Positions 24,062 to 37,661 of a stretch of DNA of 64,000 nucleotides are shown here, one piece after another; position 1 is the stretch's first letter; the number at the start of each line of letters is the position of its first letter. Under the pieces are notes generated by a model. It was given only the letters and a program-made list of their open reading frames with translations. It had not been told where the DNA came from and searched no databases. Origin of the DNA: Epiperipatus broadwayi (Eukaryota; Animalia; Onychophora); the NCBI GenBank assembly GCA_028023455.1, contig JAQFVV010000009.1:5394001-5458000 (forward strand), in the 5' to 3' direction. The translations under genes were made by a program, and so were the position numbers.

Positions 24062-24949
24062 TAGGATATTCTCCCCCAAATATGAATGCCCAATTGTGGG
24101 ATCATCAATTATTTCTATGACCCTGAACTGACAGTATGTTGGCACAAAAATATGAGAAAATTTTTTTTAACGGAGATGGCATGTCAACTTAAGGGCTTCT
24201 AATAAAATCCAATTCGCTGAGAAACCTCTAAAGAAGAATAGCAATTTATATATTAGGGTGAAAAATATATTTTTTTTGTTAATAGGTTAAATTATTATAA
24301 TGAGACTCATAAATTCTAATTGTAAAATTGAAATGTGATACTGTAATTTAATAGCAATTTTTTCCATTATATAACTTGTTAATGCATATTGTGAAGTCCA
24401 GTATTGTTTATACATATAGGTATGCCTCATCTACTGACAACTGGCACTCAAGGTGATGGGAACAGATTAAAGTCATCCTCATATAAATTTGTTGTCATGG
24501 GGAGAAAATCACAAAGTCTCACTTTTAAAAAATTTTGTTGGTGGGATTTAAAGGAATTGGATTGAGCTATGAATACATAAATGATTGAGCAGGATTATTA
24601 TTGTATATATATATATGTACTTGGGAGTGAAATTTTATGAAGTCAAAAAATCAATCATGGATTTAAAAAAAAAATTCAACAACTCTGCATAAATGTAAGC
24701 ATGGATAAGACACAATTTTATTGATTATATATATATATATATGTTAGATTAAAGACACTAAGGGCTAGGAATTTCATTATAGATAGATTTAAGTGATAGG
24801 CAGCCAAGATTGACCATTTCTTTATTGGCAAGAGTGCAATTAACCATTATAAAGAGAGTACAAATAATTTTTGTATAAAGATTGAATCTAGTAAGAATAA
24901 ATTTTAACAATGGATAGCAGTACTGAGGAAGTACTGAAAGCAATGAGTA

Positions 24950-27900
24950 AAAGAGGAAATAAAAGGTAGTGAGAGGGAAGTCAAGGGAAGGGAAAAGTGC
25001 TCTGGTGAAGAAAAACAAAGATAGTAGTAGTACAGAGGGGGAGATGGAAGAAGTAAGCATGAGCATCCTGAGAACCTACCCATGGAAAATGCAGTATATT
25101 TTCAAATCATCTAGGAAAACACAGGAACCAGAGCCAAGAAAGGAAATGAAATGTAGGCATGAAGCTATTGTTGCCCATATTCCAGGAGTTAAAGGTTGGA
25201 AATAAAAAAAGTAAAAGAAGCAGAGATTAGGGAACAAAAAAGGGATGAGAAAGAAAAGGGAAGAGAAAGAAGAAGGGAGGAAATAGAAGTGAAGGAAAAA
25301 AGAGGAAAGAAAAGGGAAGAGAAAGAGGGAAGAGAGAGATAGGTTCTTAGAAGAAAAATAGAAAGGTGAGGATAGACTGCCCTGAAGGTTATGAAGAGGC
25401 AAATGCTGAATTTGGGAGACTGTTGGAGGAGCACTAGAAGAAAATCCACTGAGGCTATATACATGTTAAAAGGGGAAGTAGTATTAGCTAGAGATAAGTT
25501 AGCCAAGCAAGAGGTGTCCCTCCAAGGAGTCATATCATAGATTTGCAGTGATTTGGGAGGTGTTGGGGAAGAGCAGAAAACTATTAAGAACTAAGGGAGT
25601 CATGAAGTAAAATGGGAACAGTTATACAAAGTCAAAGAGGATCTGAACCAAGGTGGCAGCAAAAGTGTGAGCAGAGATAAAGAGATCTCCAACAGTTGAC
25701 AGATAGGACAACTAAGGTTGAGGTAGTTAATAGAGTAGACTTAAGGTTTGGCTACACTTATTACAGATCATATTGGAGAAGAAACCTGAATTGCCAACAA
25801 AGTCATAGTACAAACAGAATTGAAAAGGGTAAATAATAGGAGTGAATCAAGGCCCAGAGTACTCCAACAGTTGACAGATAGGACAACTAAGGTTGAGGTA
25901 GTTAATAGAGTAGACTTAAGGTTTGGCTACACTTATTACAGATCATATTGGAGAAGAAACCTGAATTGCCAACAAAGTCATAGTACAAACAGAATTGAAA
26001 AGGGTAAATAATAGGAGTGAATCAAGGCCCAGAGTAAATGAGTACTTAGAAGATAATAAGACACAAGAAGTTAGGGATCCAGGAGAGAATAACTTTAAAG
26101 AGATGGAACTAGTGACGTTCAACCCTATGAGCATCAGAAGCATTGTACAGGATGTTGGTGATAGAATCCCACCAGAATCAACTTTGAATATACAAACTCA
26201 TTTGTACAAATTTTATTTTTAAAATATTCAGTGAGAAGTGGGAAAAAGCCTAAAGACACACAGAGAGCTTTGTGAATTTGTTTCACTTTCAAAATATGGC
26301 CCAGGCAGATCAAATTACCCTTGCCAGCCACTACCTACAGGGATATGCAGTCTTGGTGGTAGTGATAGACTGAGAAACCCATCACATTCAAGTAATATGC
26401 AGCATCATTGGTCAAAACCTTCCGGAGTAAGGCACAACAGAGTGGGATTTACCATACAGGACTACAAATAGTGTTAAAGAAACTCATGCAGTTTTTCATG
26501 TAGCAGGTAGCCCATTTAAAATCCTTGACCATGTTTCTGTTTACTGAGACACAAATCATAAGAGCCACCCAACAAAACATGCCTATCCAAATACAGCTGG
26601 TGGTGGGGTACTGTATACACACCATAGAATAAATGGCAGAATTACTGACTACCATTGATTATACACCTTTTTCCAAAAAACTTCTGGAGAAGGTATATTG
26701 AATAGAACACCCCAGGTTGCAAGTATCATGACCAGGAACAGCCAAACTGCCAAATTTCAATGGTCAGCTCCCGACACTCAGACCAAGGTTAAGAGACCAT
26801 ATTGAAATCCTCAGACATTAGACACTAGAGGGTCCTTGTTAAATCATTCCCCTTTCAGATCATTTGTAAGATCATCAGGGCTGTGTACCATTTACAATTC
26901 ACTTTTATGGGCTAAAGGTAGGGGCAATAGTAGGTACAGGGCTTTGCAGATGGCAAGAAAACAAATGGAGAAATACCAAATGTGGTTGGAGGTAGGATGG
27001 GGCCATCTTAATATTAGACACACTGCTAATAATGAACAGATTGCTACAAGAGTGCTGAGCTATGACTTCTTAAGCAGACATAGTACTGCTATTAGCCTCG
27101 ATACAAATGGTAACCTTGTATAAAGTATCAGATTGGAAGTTATACCCACACAGACAGGAAGCCATGTGATATATTTAGAACCAAGTATTGAAGAACTTAT
27201 AGAGGATAAGGTGAAGGAATTAAACAGCAAAGGAGCAGATGTTGAGGAGAGGGTACATTCATCCCATTAAGGCTAAAGAGGAAACCTACTTTTAGTCTAA
27301 GATATATCCCATTCCCTTTCAATACCAATAGGCAGTGGAAGCTGAGATTCAGTAGATGGTAATGTAGGATATTATCAAGCAGGAACCCTCACCTTACAAT
27401 AATCCACTAGTGCTTGTAAAAAAAGAGATGGTTCCATACGAATATGTCTAGATGCCCAAAAGCTAAACAGCATTACCATCCTGAAAGACACCATACCCCA
27501 TAAGAGAAATTTTCCTACACTTGGCTGGAAAGAACATCATTTCCACCTTAGACCTCACAAGCAATTACTGGCAGGTGCTGCTGGATCCTAGAGATTGCAA
27601 ATATACTATGTTTAGATATAATGGAAATACACACATCTGCCAGAGGGTGCTCTTTGGACTTATTAAGTGCTACAGTACTTACAAGATGTTTGGACTAGAC
27701 ACAATCTGAAGATTTAAAGAAGCATTTGGTTTGCTACATAGATTACATGGTAGTGATATCTAGGGATCTGTCAGAGCATCTGCAACATCTAGAGAGATTC
27801 TTCAAGAAATGGTTGTGGAAGAACATGACCATAAATTTAAGTTAGTTTGCAAGGTGAAAAATATCGTTCTTGGGGCATGTAGTAATGGTGAGGGAATACA

Positions 27901-29700
27901 AACTCACCCCGACAAAGTTGAAGCAATAAGGGATTTTCCACGCAGAAGCATGTACGATCGTTCTTGGGTCTATGTAATTAGCACTATTGTTTTTATTATG
28001 GCTTTTCCAGATCACTGCAGGTATAGTAAATTTAATTAAGACATGAAATGGGAATGAAATGAGAGGCACACCCAGGAGTTTGAGGTTAAGGAGTAATTCC
28101 TGCAGTTATATTGTACCATCCTGATTTTGAACCACTCTACCTACAAATGGATAGTAGTTGTAAGGATTTAGGAGTCATGCTATTCCAGGTGAATAGGTAG
28201 TAACAGTAGTGGTGTATTTCACCAGTAGAACTGACAGAACCTAAACTGAATTGTACATGATGGAACAGGAGACCTGGCAATCAAGTGGGCCTGTGAGAAA
28301 TTTGAGGTTTCTCCTGGGATCCCAAGTGGTTATTAACACAATCACAGGTGCTGAGAATTTCTGAACTATGGATATCTAACTAAAGATTGCCTCTTCAGGT
28401 GGAGTCTGGCCTGCAGGGATTTAACCATCGAGTAATGTATTGCCCAGAATCAGAGAACATGGTGGCAATGTCCTAAGTAGACACCAAGTTACCATCAAGC
28501 CTGATAACCCAGCCGTAATCACAACCTATTAGAATCGATGCACATAATTAAGAAACCATTAGAGACATGCTTGAAAACTTACAGTATTGCCAGACAAAGT
28601 ATCTTAAGTACTAAGATGTAATGTACATGGTGAGGAAGAGACCACCCAAGTCATGAAAACCAACCAGCATCAGGATCCTTCAGAATCCAGAATAGTGTTT
28701 TGCAGAAATGGATGGGAAGAGTTGAGGGTTCATGGAAGATACTAATACTTTCAGAACTCCGGGATCAAGTGATTAGATATGTTCATACATCAATTGCCCA
28801 CTAGATCCAATAGCAATTTTATTGGCCCAACCTTTATGAGGAAGTCTTAAAAATTGTGCATGGGTGTGATGTCTGATCCAGGAACGAAACACTGAATATG
28901 TCCTATGCCAGACCTATGACAATGAGCATACCGTCCGCACTGAATCAACTGTTAGCTTTTGGGCACTAGGGGCCACTGCCATCATGCCAGAATTATGAAT
29001 ATCTGCTATATGCATATTGTTTTTTCAAAGTATGTCTGAGTCCACTGTATAAACAGCAGATACTAGGAGCACCATATGCCTTTCAAAGATTTCAGTTTCC
29101 AGGAGTAGGAAGGCCAGAAGCTATCTTATTTAATCAGGGAACTGCATTTACTTTGAGTGAAGATCTTAGCGGGAAAGTCAGAACATTAAGCATATTTTAA
29201 CCTCTATAAGAAACTGCAGTAAAACACATGTGAGAGGGTCATGAGAGAGCTAGGTAGATTATATTGGACATATGAAGGATCCAATCACAAGAATTGGGTT
29301 AATAGAACTAAGGGAATCCTCAAAAATATCAACGAAACATGGAACAAATCTACCAGATTTTCTCCATCAAGGCTATATTATGGACAGACATGTTCATCAA
29401 TAATTCCCATGCCATTTTCACCAGAAGCAAGAACACAATCAGCTAGGGATCAATACAGAGCTAGAGCCAAATTGGAATAAGTGGTGGCATGAAGGGTGAA
29501 AGGAGACTATCAGAGCTATAACTTTAAGATAGATGATTTGGTGTGGGTTAAGTCAATACAACCCAGTAGTAAGTTGCTAGGAAAATATGGCAAATTCTCT
29601 CCTCTATATAAAGGACCTTACCGAATAAAGGGCAACTATGGAGGACACATTTTCACTAGGTGATGGGGCTGTTATTGGAACATACAACACATGTAGTCTA
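24950..29700 (+). pseudogene. Gypsy gag-pol pseudogene (gag, PR, RT, RNase H, IN)
   Basis: gag ASHYLQGYA and TQIIRATQQNMP; PR VLSYDFL; RT SPYNNPLVLVKKRDGSIRICLDAQKLN, STLDLTSNYWQV and YIDY; RH LQMDSS; IN RELGRLYWTY...NKSTRFSPSRL and LYKGPY. Many stops and frameshifts. Confidence 0.93.
25687..26036. repeat. Apparently perfect tandem duplication, 175-bp period, inside gag
   Basis: ctccaacagttgacagatagg...ggcccagagta occurs at 25687 and at 25862. Confidence 0.95.
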
Positions 29701-30192
29701 ATATCTTGTAAAAACAAATCCCCCAGATCTCACTTGAACTAGAGATTTATCTAGGGATGCTTCTCTGTCTCATTATATAGGAAATAGCAGTTATATATAG
29801 CTTTAGATTTATATTGTAAATGTTTATAAAAAAATTTTATTATACATAATATTAGTGTGAAAAGAATTTAGTTATATTTAATCTTCATTAGTACATATTT
29901 ACCTTAATACAAGATGCTCTGTAAATGGGGATAGTGGTCTTTGCCGGCTTACTGTCCCAACCAGAGTGAGAAAATCAATGGCATAGGAAATACGTCTACG
30001 ACCATTGATATGACTAGTACATATTTATCTTAATAATTCTATGCATTGGGTACATTAAATCTTAAGAATGGAGTGGTGAAAGCTCAAAGATCTCAAGATG
30101 AAAGGATAAAATAAATTAAAACTCCTTAAGGCAAAATTAATTTATGATTGCTTACTCTAAATTATAAATAAATTCATTTTTTTTATTTTCTC

Positions 30193-32971
30193 TGTGACTT
30201 CAGTATTATGAAATAGTATGGTATATATCCATCATCCAGTTTTACCTACTATGTTTCATGGTTTCTAAATTTAAACCCATCCAAGTCCACATATATTAAT
30301 TAAATACTAAAGTATGGTAATAAGCTCTATTAATGAGTATGTGCATGTATTGATATTGCATACATTATTTAGCTAATAATAACAATGTATATTCATAAAT
30401 GTATATGCAGTTCTAATTTTAAAATTAATAAATTAAAATAAGTTGTGTGAACATCATTGTATGTGTAGAAGTGCACTTATGTATGTATGCAAAGAAAGCT
30501 GCAATGTGACATTTGGGAACATTACAATTTTTCTAAATTATCCCTTTTAACTTATTATAAATTTAGTTTATAAAATTGCTTGGATTTGCATATAAAATCT
30601 TCAATTCATGGATGACGCATTATACATATAACAGAATGTTTACAAAACTTAAATCTTTTTTTTAAAAAAATATTTCTTGGAAATCATTCTGACTCACATC
30701 TGGGAACCAAAAGCAGAAATTTTAAAAACCAATTTTAAAAATAAACTAAAGATAAAGAGAAAATCATTGAACCAGCATTATGTGCCAATTACCCAGTGGG
30801 AACTTTTGTTAAAAGTGTTAAAATTTAAATTTTTAAGAGTTAAAATTATATACAAGTTATAATTAGTAACAAAAAAAATTATAAACAAGTTATGGCTTGC
30901 AAAGGGGAGAGTAAGAGTTGATAGAAAAAAAACCCTAGTTTTCATAACTAAAAATTCACTAATATTAAAAATGTACTGCAGCCAGAGGCTATGCCCATAT
31001 TTACTATGAGAACCAGCGGCTAGAATGCCTATATCACCATCTTCCTTAATGAAGAGATAGGTCTATGGAAATGGAAGGAATCAAAAACAGTAGCCTACCG
31101 AGAAGTTATCAAGAATAAAGCAGCCCATCATAAATGTTAGTGCAAGCCATCTCAGCAAGATGATCGGTAATTAAATCTACAAAGCTCTTAAACTAAATCT
31201 TATAAATCATTCTAATAAATCTTATAAGCTAGCTTTATTATAAATGTGTACAAACTGTTATTTTAAATTGCTCCTAATAAATAAACTCTGTATTAAATTC
31301 GTACTCATAATTAAATCTCTTAATGTAATTTTATTTGCTAATATTATTTTATAATTCAATCTGAGGATATGTGTTCATTACTTTATTTAATATTATGCTA
31401 TGCCATCCTTCAGAGTGGAGATTACTAAATAGTATAGCAGTAGAGAGACAATTAGATGCTCTCATATAATCTTATATGGTTCTTTGGCACACATACTAAT
31501 CTCCATTCTGGAAACCTATTTTCTCATATAATCTTATATTGTTCTTTGGCACACATACTAATCTCCATTCTGGAAACCTATTTTCTCATATAATCTTATA
31601 TTGTTCTTTGGCACACATACTAATCTCCATTCTGGAAACCTATTTTATATGTTAATTAAGCTATGTTTTCTTTATATTATTATGTTTGCCTGTATTAAAA
31701 CATATTATAAGTAAATAATTAAATCCAAGATATGCTTTAATTCACCTCAAGATGTTGTAGAAACTATACAGATAATCCTACTCTTTTCTTAGCATAAATT
31801 TATAGATGCTATTTTATGAACTGGTGAGAAGTGGTTTTGCTGATTAAAACTATAGGTTAGCACATAGTAAATTTTATTAAGTATTATTATAGTTAGCATT
31901 ACAAATGTATCTTTAGGAAGCATGTCTGTGCATTAAGCCTTGCTATCCAGTTATTGTAAAATGGGTTTCTGATTTAAGGTCATCCCATTCTTCTAGTTTT
32001 GACAGCTCTTTTAGGTGGAACTGGAACATAAGGGTCCAGATGATTTATTAGCAGTTCCGATCACCTGAACTAAGGTTCATTATATTAATATAACGTCATA
32101 CGGTCCACGGTAACTGATTATGGTAATGAATCCCATGATTAACTACACCTTTGAGGTGATTTGTTCTTATTAGTTAGTTATTGTAGCTACCAATCTTCAG
32201 TTCATTCTTTCCCATGTATAAAGTGTTGATCTAAAATTGAATCTAGTTATATATGTATAATATCTATATAGAGAGCATATTACAGCTCATATATTGGTAA
32301 TAGAGAATTCATTAGGTTATTATGATTATTCTTGTATGTTTAACTTTAGCAAATCTCGGCATGATATAGCATAAATCAGGCATATTATACTGCAGATAAC
32401 TAAATTATAAATTTATTAATAATTGTAATTGATTATTGTATCCAAATGCAAATAAAGATGAGACCTTGTGCCCAACCTATTCATCAGTATATACCTGCAA
32501 GTGCAACCTTATGCACTATTACTAAACTGTTACTGATTTCTTAAATATATATATATATAAAATGTATTCATGTTCAGTGTCTTATTCAAAGCTCATTCCC
32601 ATTCAACCAAATCCTTTCTAAATTTATTATTTTAGTTTAAATAAAATACTAGTTTTCTACTTCACCCAAGCTTCACTTTTTTGCATAAAGCGCAGGTTAA
32701 AATATTTTAGTTTAAGTTTAATTAGTTAACTATATTAGTCATTGTAATTTCAGTCTTGTGCTGCACTCTTTGCTAATGTCAACACATGAATTAAGGAATT
32801 CTGAGTATAGTCCCATATATGTCATCCATAGGGTAATAAATCATGGAGCGTTGGTGAAGAAACTGAGGTGCGATCTGATTCGAGGTCTCAACCCCTCATC
32901 TCAATCAGTTTTCGAATAATTTTGCCAAAACTCTGGATTTTGTTGCGTGAATATCAAATATGACTGTTACA
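30193..32971 (+). repeat. Right long direct repeat (putative 3' LTR), TGTGAC...GTTACA
   Basis: Partner of 21314-24061. Contains a 62-bp triplication (31460-31645) where the left copy has a single unit. Confidence 0.8.
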
Positions 32972-33059
32972 GTATTAAATATATATTAAAATAAATTAAT
33001 ATATATATATGTGCTCTGCGCACAGGTAATGAAGCTATTAATAAATTGTCTAAATTTTT

Positions 33060-33108
33060 ACTGCTAAGCGCTTTCAGGACAGTCTACAGTCCCATATTCA
33101 TGGCGAGT
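33060..33108 (-). ncRNA. Minimal type I hammerhead ribozyme, A3-U8 core variant
   Basis: ACUCGCC-AUGAAUA-U-GGGAC(UGUAGACU)GUCCU-GAA-AGCGCU-U-AGCAGU; helix I is partly degenerate. Confidence 0.68.
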
Positions 33109-33720
33109 TATTCTGTTAATAACTGTAAAACTATGCAAATTTTATATGAAGATGTTACATGGAATATTTACGAGATAGGAAATAGCAGGCCTCTCTTCTG
33201 TTGATTGCCGATGGGTCAGCCGCAATGAAGTAAGCTTTCCTAACTTTACGTTTGGTGTCGTTTGTTTCAGAGCAAACGACACTGGCTGTGGTAGGTAGAA
33301 AAGCATGTCCAGAGTTTCTCTCATGTTCGACAAAAATCGAATTACCTTCATACTTTGTTTTGGTTTTATTGTAAAGGTATCGGTGTTGAGCTACTCTGGT
33401 GGCAATGTTAGTTTTGGTCTCTCCATAATATGTTGCCGTACAATTTCTTTGGGGGCAGGTAATTTTGTACACAACTTGAGGGGTGAGTTCAGGTTTGATC
33501 CTGTCTTTGGTATTATTTATCAGTCTATTGGTGTTGGGAGGTGAACGGAAAGTGACTTCAAAGTCACATGATAGTTGATTGATAAGGCTTTTAGCTGTAG
33601 AGTGAACGTATGGGATTAAGATTCTTGGTTTGTTTTCTTTCTTGTGGTTGTGGTTTATTTTATAGAAAAATTTGTTTTATTCATTTTCCCAACAATTATG
33701 TTATCTTCCTCATGGTAGTG
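33060..33720 (-). mobile_element. Penelope-like element, 5'-truncated (RT thumb/linker, GIY-YIG endonuclease, pLTR)
   Basis: Open frame ILIPYVHSTAKSLINQL...TKDRIKPELTPQVVYKITCPQRNCTATYYGETKTNIATRVAQH...HERNSGH...KRKVRKAYFI (stop at 33155). A hammerhead motif lies downstream. Confidence 0.92.
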
Positions 33721-33930
33721 AACTAGTTTTCAGTTATTATGAGGATAGTTAAGAATAAAGCAATACAAAAGTTTTAAAGAAAATTATATAAAATAAAAAT
33801 AGTATCTTAAAGGTATTAAAAGTAATATAAAATAAAAATAGTATCTTAAAGGTATTAAAAGTAATGATAATAGGTAATGTTCACATATTAGAATAAATGA
33901 TTAAAAGTTATATTTCGAAACAATAATAAT

Positions 33931-34053
33931 TAATAATATTAAATCGTGCTTTCACACTTCTAGCATAAAGCTGTAACAAGCCATTTAATTTAATTTTCAA
34001 TTTGTTGTTATAGCTTTACGTTAGAAGTGTGAAAGCACGATTTAATATTATTA
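33931..34053. repeat. 49-bp inverted repeat (46/49) with 25-nt loop
   Basis: 33931-33979 versus 34005-34053; two of the three mismatches are G-U wobbles in the plus-strand RNA. Confidence 0.92.
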
Positions 34054-34115
34054 TATTGGACAAACGTAAAGTATAAATATACAGGTTATTACTTAATAAT
34101 AATTAATATAAGAAG

Positions 34116-37100
34116 TGCTGTGTCTTACGACCAGCAAGTAATAAATTGACAAAGGCAGAATTGAGATGGTAAGCTTATAGTTTAATTTCAGTAAATATGA
34201 TCATTTTTACATACAGACATTGCCTATTATAAGGTGTAATAAAATAATAAAAGGTTGTGGTGACCGGCACATAATAATCCTAGTCCTGATTTTGGACTTA
34301 CAGATGCAGTCTCTGACTTAACATTTAATACTCAGAACCAATAGATCAGGTTCTGGGGGTCTATACACCCCTCAAGACTTCTGGAGTCACAGACCTCACC
34401 ATATATGGTATTTTCACATACACATAGTATTTTTACATTTCTCATTATATATGGCATTTTATACAGCTTTCTGATCCTATAAGGTCAGTTGTGCTCTCTA
34501 TGATCTAATAACATTGCAAATTAATGATCGTTACATTGCTACATTTTACGGTTACAATTATCTATATAATATAAATGTTTACACACGCTATACATAATTA
34601 TTAAACAGTTATTATTTTTATTCTACATATTCATTATACATTACAAAGTTATCATTTTTATTCTACATTTTCATTATACATTTATTATTATACAACTTAC
34701 ATATGTATATACCTTGCTTGATCTTGAACACTGCACTCCTCCCCCACTCCAGAAGTATGGTTTTTTACCTAAGTCTTTGAGATGAGTTGGAGGATTTCTA
34801 GTTCTTGCTGGTTGCTGGCGGTCTTTGCTGTGCTTTGCCAATTTGGCTGTTTGTTGATGGTGATTTGGGTGTGGATATTTCAGCTTCGGAAGAATTTCCA
34901 TCTATTAGCAATTCTTCTCCTTCAGGATTGTAATTCTCCAGACTGGTTAATGCTGTAGTTGCTTTCATGTTGTTGCTGGTTGGTACTTCCTCGTTTCCAT
35001 TATTTACGGTTGACAGATATTGGCTTCTCAACTGATTTTTATGTTTCCACAGTTTTACGCCCTCTTCAGTTTGAATTTCTGCTAGTTAATTCGCATTATT
35101 ACTTACCATGATTGCTTTTTCCCAAGTCTTTTTAAATTTGTTCAGAGACGAAACATTATCACCTATTTCAAACCCTTTCTCTCTCATAACTCTCTTGTTA
35201 CTTCTTTGCCTGGAAGGCAACAAGATTGATAATTTATTCCGTATTTTCCCTTGACACAGAAGTTCAGCTGGGATTTGACATTTATCGCACTTTTTAATAT
35301 ACAGCTCGATGTCTCTATTTATTCCTGACCACTTTACACAGTTGCATGCCAGGTTTTTAGCTCTAACTATCCCTGGATGAGTCTTGATGTAATAACCAGA
35401 ATACATTTCTTCGACCATAGCTGGGTATAAGTACTTTGTCATCCATCAGTATGCAGCTTTTATTTATGGAGTATCTGGTGTACTTTCTACAGTTCTTCAC
35501 TCAAGTAGTGAGGACATCTAGTGGGCCATTTGGTACCTATCCATTTTTTTAAAAACTCTGTAGCAAGAGTCTGCATTAGTACATTATGCTATTATTCCGC
35601 TATTAATACTATTTGGTCCTAGCTGAACATTGCAATGATTTTTTGTTTTATGCAATTCAGCTTTATCTGGGCATCTAGATGATGTGGCTACATGTGATAT
35701 ATTTTTACTCTGCAATTCTATATTAATTTTCTTAATGACGCGTATCTTTATTCCTAGGGTTGCAAACCACTCTCGGTCTATGATTGGGTCAATATCTCCA
35801 CTCACTATATGTAGTGGTAGTATTTCTTTACTATTTTTTGCTTGTACTTTTACTCTTGCAACTCCTAATATTTTATGGGATTTTTGTTCACATCCCAGGC
35901 CTTGCAATGAGTTTTCTCTACCTTTGAAGAAACTTTTAAATTCTTAATTAGCCTTTCCCAATCTCTGCTTTTTTATCAGTGATATCCCTGATCTGCTAAC
36001 AATTTCCATGGTAAATGGTTTGCCGATTAATTTTACGTTCAACATAATTTGATCCGATTCCTTTACAGTAATATTCTTTATGTAGCTACATTCCATTGCT
36101 TCACATGTAAGTTCCCCGCTGGGCTTTTTAAGGTGGTGCCCTCTTTCGGAAATCTTTTTTTCCCCTATAAATTTCACTTTCTGGCATATTGCAATCCCAG
36201 GCTTTGTGACCGATTGTTCCACATTGGAAACATTTGACTTATCTGTTTGGGATTTAACTCCAGACATTTTGAAAATTGTAGCTTGAAGTGGTTCTGGTCT
36301 CGTGAAACTTCTGAACTATCTCGCTTGGTCACATAGCAGTTTGTAAGCTGTACCATGTCTGATTGCTTCCTTGTAAGTTAGTTAGGTCTTTAATTGCTAA
36401 TAAGATCTGGCTAAACTGGTCATCTATTATTCCATATAATAGCTGCTCGAGGAGAGCTTCCTCTAAATATTTACCATAAAGGCATGGTTTTGCCATCTCT
36501 CTTAAACCAATGTCATATTCTTTTATTTTCTCATTTTTTCTTTGCCTTCTGCCTCTAAAATGTAATCGAGCAATAAACTTGGATGGCTGGGGATTGAAAT
36601 ATTCATTTAGCTGTGTTATGAGCTCATCGTATTTCTGTGTCTCTGGCAAATCTTCACACAGTTTGTTAGCTATTTCGATTATCCTCTGGCCTGCGAAGCA
36701 AAGTAATGAGGCTACTTTTATAGTATTCTTGGTAATACTATTTAGTGTAAAGTAGTTTTTGATCCTCTGAACGTACAGTGGTCAATCACTCGGATTTTCT
36801 ACATTAAACTCGCATATACCAACTTGTGATATGCCCGCCATTTCTCTGTTAATTCAAATCCACTTACAATTTGTCTCAGCTTCCTGTTTAGGCAATTACT
36901 TTCAGATTTGATCCTATGTTGACCGAGCCAATTTTTCCTGTAGTTCGATACCTGTATTGACTGCCACTTTCTTTCAGATTCAATTCCTGTCTTGACTGCA
37001 CCACTTTGCTGTGTCTTACAACCAGCAAGTAATAAATTGATAAAGGCAGAATTGATATGGTAAGCTTATAGTTTAATTTCAATAAATAAGATCATTTTTA

Positions 37101-37661
37101 CATATATACATAGTCTATTATAAGGCGTAATAAAATAATAAACGATCATGGTGACCTGCACACAGTAACCCTAATCCTGCTTTTGAACTTACAGAGGCAG
37201 GAGTCTTTGACTTACATTTAATACTCACAACCAATAGATCAGATTCTGGGGGTATATATACCCTTCAAGACTTCTGGAGTCTTTTACATACCTTAACATA
37301 TACAGTGTTTTCACACACACATAGTATTTTTATATTTCTCACCATATATGGCATTTTATACAGTTTTCTGACCCTATAAGGTCAGCTGTGCTCTATGATC
37401 TAACAACATTGCAATTTAATGATTGTTACATTGCTACATTTTACGGTTACAATTATCTATATAATATAAATGTTTACACACGATCGCTATACATAATTAC
37501 TATACAGTTATTATTCTTATTCTACATATTCATTATAGATTACAAAGTTATTAATTTTATTCTACATTCATTATACATTTATTATTGTACAACTTATCAT
37601 TTTTATTCTATATTTATTATTATACAACTTATGTATACCTTGCTTGATCTTGAACACTGCA
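34116..37661 (-). mobile_element. Internally deleted Mag-clade Gypsy element, complete termini
   Basis: LTRs at 37007-37661 and 34116-34735 (TG...CA), TSD AGAAG on both sides, PBS TGGTGCAGTCAAGACAGG (36986-37003), PPT GGAGTGGGGGAGGAG (34736-34750). Internal remnants: gag (YDELITQLNEYFNPQP...LEEALLEQL), PR (MEIVSRSGISLI; PIIDREW) and IN zinc finger (HPGIVRAK...CDKC). No RT motifs found. Confidence 0.93.

Larger units (their letters stand above)
21314..32971 (+). mobile_element. Decayed Gypsy LTR retrotransposon with probable approximately 2.75-kb LTRs
   Basis: Long direct repeats (about 21314-24061 and 30193-32971, both ending TTACA) flank a gag-pol pseudogene. TSD, PBS and PPT are not clean, so the ends are approximate. 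Confidence 0.7.

Noticed and set aside
24758-25533. Overlapping 100-114-aa minus-strand Leu/Ser/Phe-rich ORFs
   Set aside because: Antisense of the purine-rich Lys/Glu-coding gag N-terminus.
34021-34040. GAAAGCAC word resembling a fifth hammerhead
   Set aside because: No NUGANNA core or helix II upstream and no UH cleavage site after helix III.
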